Source: Candidatus Daviesbacteria bacterium (lineage in GTDB: Bacteria; Patescibacteriota; Microgenomatia; Daviesbacterales; UBA10151). Taken from it: a DNA stretch of 64,000 nucleotides. The notes beneath the pieces are model-generated. The model worked only from the letters and a program-made list of their open reading frames with translations, was not told the origin of the DNA and did no database searches. Position numbers and translations under genes: made by a program. Positions 57,830 to 64,000 of the stretch are shown piece by piece. The DNA is taken from NCBI GenBank assembly GCA_016432425.1, contig CP066688.1:20368-84367 (forward strand). Direction: 5' to 3'. The first letter of the stretch is position 1; each line of letters starts with the position of its first letter.

Positions 57830-59238
57830 TTAACCATTTACCAAAATATATCAAAGAATATTTATTAATTGGTTTGATACTTTTAGCTGCCCTGGTGGGG
57901 AGGATTTTATATTTATCACCCTATTTAGAAGATTGGGATAGCGTCCAATTTGCTCTGGCGATGAACCATTTTTCTCTGATTAAAGAGTTACCACATGCCC
58001 CCGGTTACCCACTATATATTTTGCTGGGAAATTTTATGAAGATTTTCTTTTCCTCGGATAATCTAGCTTTAACCATTCTCAGTGCAATGACGGGATCAGC
58101 AACAGTCTTAGTTACTTATTTATTAACTCAAAAAATGTTTAATAATAAATTAACTGCTTTAGGGGCAGCTTTAATTTTTACTTTTATTCCGGTAAGCTGG
58201 AGTCTGTCTGAACAAGCTTTAACTAACGTTCCTGGTTTATTTTTTCTTTCTTTGCTAGCTTACTTACTGTATAAATTTATCGACAACCCCAAAATTATTA
58301 TCCTGATCAGTTTTTTATTTGGGCTGCTGTTAGGACTACGGTTTACTGAACTGCCGATCATAATGGCTTTACTTTTATTTGTATTTGCTTGGAAGAGAAA
58401 TTTAAAACTAGTTTTGTTTTCTTCTTTAAGTTTTGTTGTAGGTATACTCTTTTGGCTGGGACCTTTAATTATAGTCACCGGCTGGACAGACTTTGTTAAA
58501 GCATACCTCAAGATTGCCAATTATATTTTCAATCATGATTCTTTACTGGGAGGTGACCGTTATGGTTTTTATCTAATACGCCTTAGATTAAATCACTTAT
58601 TTTATATTTTGAAAATCGCTTATGGGCAGATCTTCATTCTCATCTCTATACTAATACTAGCATTTACAATCTGGCAAAAAAAACAAAGGACAGATAGTAG
58701 AATTCAATTTTTATTAGTTTGGTTTTTAACATATTTAGTCTTCCTTGTTTTCTTCTTTAATTTGGAAGTTACTCGTTACAGCTTACCTCTAACTGTCCCC
58801 TTAGCCATTTTAACAGCTGCTGCCTTAAGTAAGTTAATCACCAATAAAACAATCTATACAGCAGTAATTTTAGTAACTTGTGTAATTTTGTTTAAAGACT
58901 CTTATTATCAAGTAAGTCAATTCAAAAATTCTCTCCCCCCTACTATGGCTCCGGTTCTTTTGGTTAAAAAAGAGTTCAGTTCATCTGAAACTACTCTTAT
59001 TCCCACTTTGTTAAAACGTCATTTTCAATACTACACTCCGCAGTTCTCATTGGTTGATTTAGATGAGTTCCACTCTCAAATTATCACCAGTAAATTCGTC
59101 ATTATTGATCATCTTTCCACCATTGATAAAATTAAAGATTTGCGCAGTTACAAACTTAAGGATAAAAAAGAATTTTATGGAGATCGGGAAATCTATAACC
59201 GGGTCCCCCGCACTACTATTTATATTTTAGAAAAATGA
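57814..59238 (+). CDS. GT-C/PMT-like membrane protein
   Basis: EDWDSVQFA, PHAPGYPLY, polytopic. Confidence 0.75.
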   Translation: MAANLINHLPKYIKEYLLIGLILLAALVGRILYLSPYLEDWDSVQFALAMNHFSLIKELPHAPGYPLYILLGNFMKIFFSSDNLALTILSAMTGSATVLVTYLLTQKMFNNKLTALGAALIFTFIPVSWSLSEQALTNVPGLFFLSLLAYLLYKFIDNPKIIILISFLFGLLLGLRFTELPIIMALLLFVFAWKRNLKLVLFSSLSFVVGILFWLGPLIIVTGWTDFVKAYLKIANYIFNHDSLLGGDRYGFYLIRLRLNHLFYILKIAYGQIFILISILILAFTIWQKKQRTDSRIQFLLVWFLTYLVFLVFFFNLEVTRYSLPLTVPLAILTAAALSKLITNKTIYTAVILVTCVILFKDSYYQVSQFKNSLPPTMAPVLLVKKEFSSSETTLIPTLLKRHFQYYTPQFSLVDLDEFHSQIITSKFVIIDHLSTIDKIKDLRSYKLKDKKEFYGDREIYNRVPRTTIYILEK

Positions 59239-59242
59239 ATAG

Positions 59243-60949
59243 TTACTTTTTAATTAAATAATTTTCTAAAATTAATACATCCAGTTCACTGTTCATAAAT
59301 GTATTGTAAGCTTCCTCATTAGTATTAACTATTGGCTCACCTTTTAAATTAAAAGAGGTATTGAGCAATGTTGATATTCCTGTTTGCTCACCAAAACTTT
59401 TTACCAGATTATAATAAGCAGGGTTAATGGGTTTCTTAATCAGTTGGGGGCGGGCTGTCCCGTCTACATGAGTAACCGCCCCTAATTTAGCTTGCCAAGA
59501 CTTCTTAACCGGTACTACCGCCAGCATATACTCTAAAATAGGAGGGATCGCGGATCCAATTTCAAAATACTGCGATCCTTTTTCATACAAAGATACCGGG
59601 GCAAAAGGCCTAAAGGCTTCCCTAAATTTAATTTTTTTATTTACCAAATCTCTCATTTTTTTACTTCTCGGATCAGCCAAAATGCTGCGCGCCCCCAAAG
59701 CCCGGGGTCCCCATTCAAATCTACCTTTAACCCAACCAATTACTTTACCCGCAGCCAAAAGTTCTGTCACTTGATTATTTAAATCTTGGTCAGAAAGTCT
59801 TTTGGCAGTTAAATTGTTTACTCTTAAAAATTGTTTGACTGAAGACTCTGAGTTCTGCTGCCCCAAAAATACATCCTGAAAAGATTTTTTTCTTGGTTTA
59901 CCTAAAATATGGTAATAAAGATAAAGGGCGGCTCCCACTGCCCCTCCGGAATCCCCTGCCGCCGGATGAATAAAAATATTTTTAAAGCCGGCTTCTTTAA
60001 ATATCCGCCAATTAGCTACCCCGTTTAAAGCCACTCCTCCGCCATAACATAAATTTTCCTCACCGGTTTCCTGTTGCAAAGCTTTAGCAATTACTAACAG
60101 TTTTTCTTCTAAAACTTTTTGGGCGCTAGCAGCAATATCGGCATATTTAATAAAAACTTGATCACCATCTTTGGGGTTAACAGGAGGCAATTTAAAAAGC
60201 TTGACAAATTTATCAGTAAAACTCTTTTTTTCGGAGACATGGAAATTAAAATAATCTATATTCAACCTGAAAGAACCATCTTCCGCTTGTCTAATTAGCT
60301 TTTCTACTTCTGCCACATATTTGGGCTGGCCGTAAGGCGCTAACCCCATTACTTTATATTCTCCTTCATTAATCTCGAACCCTAAATATTGGGTAAAGGT
60401 ACTGTAAAAAAGACCCAGCGAGTGAGGAAATTTTATTTCTCTGTTTAAAACTAGCTTATTACCTTGACCTTTTCCCAAAGCCGTGGTGGTCCACTCCCCC
60501 ACCCCATCACAAGTTAAAATAGCGGCTGATTTAAAATCACTGGTGTAATAAGAGCTGGCAGCATGGGAAAGATGATGGCCGCCAAAAAAAATTTTTTTGG
60601 CTGGAATTTTTAGAGTTGAGGCAATCGTGGCTTTAACCCACAATTTATTTTTTAACCAAGTTTTATAAGCATCTGTAAATAAACCCCTCGCTACTGGTAC
60701 GGTTGCCAGAGCAGATAAAGTGATTCTTTCAAATTTAGTGAACGGTTTTTCATAAAAAATTACATAATCTAAATCTTGGGCAGCAATTTCGGCAAAATTT
60801 AGGCAAAAAGCAATTGCTTGTTTGGGGAAACTAGAGTCGTGTTTTATCCGAGAAAACCGCTCTTCCTCGGCCGCTGCTAAAATTTGGCCATCTTTAATTA
60901 AAGCAGCCGCCCCATCATGGTAATAACAAGAGATTCCTAAAATATACAT
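59243..60949 (-). CDS. O-carbamoyltransferase (NodU/CmcH/SxtI family)
   Basis: ILGISCYYHD, EEERFSRIKHD, HHLSHA, DGVGE, GEYKVMGLAPYG, GPRALGARS, NTSFN. Confidence 0.95.
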   Translation of the reverse strand: MYILGISCYYHDGAAALIKDGQILAAAEEERFSRIKHDSSFPKQAIAFCLNFAEIAAQDLDYVIFYEKPFTKFERITLSALATVPVARGLFTDAYKTWLKNKLWVKATIASTLKIPAKKIFFGGHHLSHAASSYYTSDFKSAAILTCDGVGEWTTTALGKGQGNKLVLNREIKFPHSLGLFYSTFTQYLGFEINEGEYKVMGLAPYGQPKYVAEVEKLIRQAEDGSFRLNIDYFNFHVSEKKSFTDKFVKLFKLPPVNPKDGDQVFIKYADIAASAQKVLEEKLLVIAKALQQETGEENLCYGGGVALNGVANWRIFKEAGFKNIFIHPAAGDSGGAVGAALYLYYHILGKPRKKSFQDVFLGQQNSESSVKQFLRVNNLTAKRLSDQDLNNQVTELLAAGKVIGWVKGRFEWGPRALGARSILADPRSKKMRDLVNKKIKFREAFRPFAPVSLYEKGSQYFEIGSAIPPILEYMLAVVPVKKSWQAKLGAVTHVDGTARPQLIKKPINPAYYNLVKSFGEQTGISTLLNTSFNLKGEPIVNTNEEAYNTFMNSELDVLILENYLIKK

Positions 60950-60950
60950 T

Positions 60951-61163
60951 TTATTGTTTTTTCAAATCTTTTATCTTAAAATAATTATCTTTAAAATCCT
61001 CCCATTTGGGACTGTCTTTAACATGCAGAAAATCAGCCAAAACCTGGGTTATTAAACCCAAAGGGGTTGCCAGTATAAAATATAATAAAGAAAAAACAAC
61101 TGTGACCTGGAAATTACCTATTTTTTCGGCAATTTTTTTCCATTTTTCCCAAACTTTTTTCAT
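60951..61163 (-). CDS. SxtJ-like small membrane protein
   Basis: W..W..IA..IGNFQ.....LLYF....PLG pattern directly upstream of the carbamoyltransferase. Confidence 0.7.
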   Translation of the reverse strand: MKKVWEKWKKIAEKIGNFQVTVVFSLLYFILATPLGLITQVLADFLHVKDSPKWEDFKDNYFKIKDLKKQ

Positions 61164-61185
61164 AAAAATATTACTCAAATATATT

Positions 61186-61356
61186 TTAGAAGAGCGGATA
61201 AATTATGGGAGCCAAGGGAGAGGAACCCACTAATAAAATTAATAGCCCTACTACTAGGAATACTAGCATCATGGGGATTAACCACCACAATTTTCTTCTC
61301 CATAAAAATATAAAAAATTCTTTGACTATTTCAAACCTATTTAATAAATCATTCAT
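61186..61356 (-). CDS. DUF5989/SxtK-like 56-aa membrane protein (not in ORF track)
   Basis: MNDLLNRFEIVKEFFIFLWRRKLWWLIPMMLVFLVVGLLILLVGSSPLAPIIYPLF*, with RK.WWL.P and AP.IY.LF motifs. Confidence 0.85.
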   Translation of the reverse strand: MNDLLNRFEIVKEFFIFLWRRKLWWLIPMMLVFLVVGLLILLVGSSPLAPIIYPLF

Positions 61357-61388
61357 TAAACAACCTTAACATATTAAAAATATAGTTT

Positions 61389-62846
61389 TCAATATGGAAA
61401 AAATGGTGTTAAAGATATCATTTTTTCCTGGTTATATTTTTCACTATCAATCGCTTCATAGTAAACCTTAATCGATAAATCGTTATATAAAAGTTTCAGT
61501 GCATCTGATCCCGATAGTATGTAAAATACTTGTTTAGAAGAGCTTCCCCAATCTTGAGAAATATAGGGATAACCAGGATCATCCTTTATGAAAAAGTTTG
61601 CTCCTTTATCTATTTGAGGAACTTCATGTTTAATACTACTTAGTATCACTTTTGCGGCCTTTGCCCTTTTGGCAGCCCAATGGGTGCTTTGATTAAGTTG
61701 GATAGTTTGCCAAGATAGCCCTAAAAATGCTACCACAAAAAATATCACCACAAATTTACCTATTTTTTGCCAGGTCAATAAATTAGAGATCGGATAGACG
61801 ATAAATCCTGCAAAAAATACCAGTGGTAAATTTAAGTAATAACTAAAAATATGTTTCGGGAAAAAAATAAAAGGTGTCAGCGAAATGATAAATGAAAAAA
61901 ATAAAAAATAAAAAATGGAATTTAAATTGCGAAAATATCTCCCAAAAGCAATGGCGACAGTTATAAGTATAATACCAATAATTGGTGTTATAAGTAGTAA
62001 ATAATCTCCATAATATTTAAATAGATTAGGGTTTATTTCAAATTTTAAGGTCATAAAATCTCTTAACATTTCAGGCAAACCTATGGTCCACAAGGATAAC
62101 CATACAAATGAATTTATCACACTAGGCGGAGAAAACACTGGTTGATATACTTGCTGTTGAGAAATTCCGAAATAAGCAAAATGGACAAGTATTCTTAAAA
62201 ATAAAAGTAGCACGAATGGCAGCAGATTAATAACTATCCTTCTAAAAGAATTTTTCTTGCAGAAAACTTCATATAAAAATAAAATACCAATCAGTACTGC
62301 CGCTGATTCATGTGATAGTAACGCTGTAATAAAAACTAATATAGATAAGTACCAATTAATAATTTTTCTTCCTGTAGAAAATTTATGATAATTTAACAAA
62401 CCAACTAACACAAAAAATGTAGAAAGTAATGTTTGAACAGATGATAAATAGTATAATTCAACACTATGTATAGGACTAATCAGATAAATTAAAAAGGCTA
62501 AAAAACCAATCAGTTCTTTTTTGCTAACCATCTTTATGAGTAGGAAAACTAAAAAAGAATTAATAAATATTAAAACTAGGTTTATTAAATGATATGGAAA
62601 TGGATTTAAATTATACAACTTGAACATGATAAAATTATATAATTCTCGACTTAAAGGGCGATAAAAGGTTTGTTCATCGCTAAATTTAGGAATAAACAAT
62701 GACGGGAGATCTGTTATTTCTTTTCCCAACAATAATCTTAAATGGAAAAAATCATCTTGGGAAAAATAAGAATTGAGAGCATTCCAATTAAAAATTATCA
62801 GTATAAAAACTGACAAGAAGATTACAAAAACGTTAAGAATTTTCAT
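61389..62846 (-). CDS. GT-C-like polytopic membrane protein
   Basis: FSQDDF, FYRPL, PFPYH, LLSHE. Confidence 0.75.
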   Translation of the reverse strand: MKILNVFVIFLSVFILIIFNWNALNSYFSQDDFFHLRLLLGKEITDLPSLFIPKFSDEQTFYRPLSRELYNFIMFKLYNLNPFPYHLINLVLIFINSFLVFLLIKMVSKKELIGFLAFLIYLISPIHSVELYYLSSVQTLLSTFFVLVGLLNYHKFSTGRKIINWYLSILVFITALLSHESAAVLIGILFLYEVFCKKNSFRRIVINLLPFVLLLFLRILVHFAYFGISQQQVYQPVFSPPSVINSFVWLSLWTIGLPEMLRDFMTLKFEINPNLFKYYGDYLLLITPIIGIILITVAIAFGRYFRNLNSIFYFLFFSFIISLTPFIFFPKHIFSYYLNLPLVFFAGFIVYPISNLLTWQKIGKFVVIFFVVAFLGLSWQTIQLNQSTHWAAKRAKAAKVILSSIKHEVPQIDKGANFFIKDDPGYPYISQDWGSSSKQVFYILSGSDALKLLYNDLSIKVYYEAIDSEKYNQEKMISLTPFFPY

Positions 62847-62857
62847 CTATGAGGATG

Positions 62858-63247
62858 TTATTTTTTAAATACATTACTGTTAATATTTTCAACTAAAAAT
62901 AGTGCCGTTCCAAGTATTAATGTTTGATATACATAAACCGCTGTCCTTTCAGCCCAGACCTCAATTCCACTCAACCTTAAAAAGGCGGCAAAAAGCCACA
63001 GTATCAACCCAATAATAAAAAATGTTTTGCTTCTGGCTCCAATAAGAAATGCTGTTGCCAGCAGTGACATAAATACTACTGCATTTATAGTGATAGAATA
63101 ATAAGGAGAAAAATAGCCTCCCGAGCGAAGCAGTAATAAAAGTATGACTAGAATATTAAATACAAAAAGGCCAACAAGATGATTTTGAGTCCATTTGCTT
63201 AATATCTTTTGATATTGTTTTTTATAACCCAAAATCTCCTTCATCAT
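62858..63247 (-). CDS. Hypothetical multi-pass membrane protein
   Basis: 129-aa hydrophobic ORF in a co-directional run. Confidence 0.65.
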   Translation of the reverse strand: MMKEILGYKKQYQKILSKWTQNHLVGLFVFNILVILLLLLRSGGYFSPYYSITINAVVFMSLLATAFLIGARSKTFFIIGLILWLFAAFLRLSGIEVWAERTAVYVYQTLILGTALFLVENINSNVFKK

Positions 63248-63265
63248 GTTATATAATTTATTACT

Positions 63266-64000
63266 TTATAGTTTATTTTTCCCAGAAACTCTCTTTGAAA
63301 TAAATTGAGCAACAAAATACGTCGTAACTGTAAGCAGCGTTAAACTGGAAATTATAAATCCTATTAACCATAGCTTTTGGCGTTGATAAGAAATTATCAT
63401 CTGATATTTTTTCGGGGTTTCCGGAATGTACCAAGCATTGGCATAAAGGTTGGTAGAAAAATGTATCGGCACAACTTTGAGTTTTTCACCTGTTTCGCTA
63501 AATAAGCTAACTTCCCAGAAGGGTGAGTAATTCTCAGAAAAAACAATGACGTGCGAACCTGAAACTTTATCTATCTCTGCTTTGTAGTAAACAGGTGAAA
63601 TTCTCTTTAATTTTACTTCTGGAGTATCAAGAAGAACAGGTAAGTTTGCTTTGGCGAAAATTAGATTATTAGAAAATATTTTATAAACAAATAAATCATC
63701 ATATATAACTTTTGTCCCTAGTGGATCTTTAATAAGGGGAGCAATCAAAGAAATTCTCATCGTAGAATCAGTAACTACGGGATTATAAAAGAAATTAAAA
63801 GTATGCATCTGTGGATAGTTCGGTAATCTTTCAGTCTGGGCTTTAATCAGGGTATTTTGATTCTGTTGATAAACTATACTACTAGCATTATTCCCATAAA
63901 TTTGCTGGTACTTTAAAGCTATAAAATATGTAGCGAATGGATCAAAAGAGGAAACTATAAAATCGGCAGACGGCTCTCTGGCTTCAAGTCCCTTATTAAG
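63266..64000 (-). CDS. C-terminal part of a large membrane protein similar to 50320-53028 (5' partial)
   Basis: Frame is open to the window end; FSENYSPFW, HF...YANAWYI and C-terminal TM parallel FTDHYNRDW, HF...MINGFYV. Confidence 0.75.
   Translation of the reverse strand, partial: LNKGLEAREPSADFIVSSFDPFATYFIALKYQQIYGNNASSIVYQQNQNTLIKAQTERLPNYPQMHTFNFFYNPVVTDSTMRISLIAPLIKDPLGTKVIYDDLFVYKIFSNNLIFAKANLPVLLDTPEVKLKRISPVYYKAEIDKVSGSHVIVFSENYSPFWEVSLFSETGEKLKVVPIHFSTNLYANAWYIPETPKKYQMIISYQRQKLWLIGFIISSLTLLTVTTYFVAQFISKRVSGKNKL

Noticed and set aside
59243-61356. Saxitoxin biosynthesis
   Set aside because: Only sxtI/J/K-like genes are present, with no sxtA/G or other core genes, and the context is glycan synthesis.
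1-64000. Stop-codon reassignment (code 25) or self-splicing introns
   Set aside because: TGA ends many conserved genes at the expected positions, and no conserved gene or tRNA is interrupted by an intron-sized insert.

Overview
AT-rich bacterial chromosome segment using the standard code (TGA = stop). Gene content, near-absence of Shine-Dalgarno sites and -10 boxes close to start codons suggest a Patescibacteria/CPR genome, probably Microgenomates (inference). Layout: (1) 1-6.7 kb: end of a LysM gene, three minus-strand tRNAs (Thr-CGT, Gly-CCC, Val-CAC), a small accessory island between tRNA-Thr and tRNA-Gly, Ig-like protein, O-antigen-ligase-like protein and lepB. (2) 6.7-29 kb: minus-strand housekeeping genes: parB, rpmA, rplU, rodA, ileS, a reduced dcw cluster from mraZ to ftsZ, glyQS and recO. 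(3) 29-64 kb: a large surface-glycan locus with GT2/GT4 enzymes, about 8 GT-C-type membrane proteins, a flippase, RmlD and an SxtI/J/K-like carbamoyltransferase trio. The most unusual signals are non-coding. A wHTH/Cas2-like (PaaX-like) gene sits between ftsI and murE, bracketed by a 34-bp palindrome that recurs inside a distant gene. Micro-arrays of a constant 13-mer (CAAGCTCTGCTTA) alternate with different hairpins, and one array is inserted in frame in a gene. A 25-bp double-hairpin element repeatedly splits ATGA stop/start overlaps. A promoter- and terminator-bounded ~55-nt RNA converges on a decayed NYN RNase gene. All calls come from reading the sequence by eye; no searches were run.
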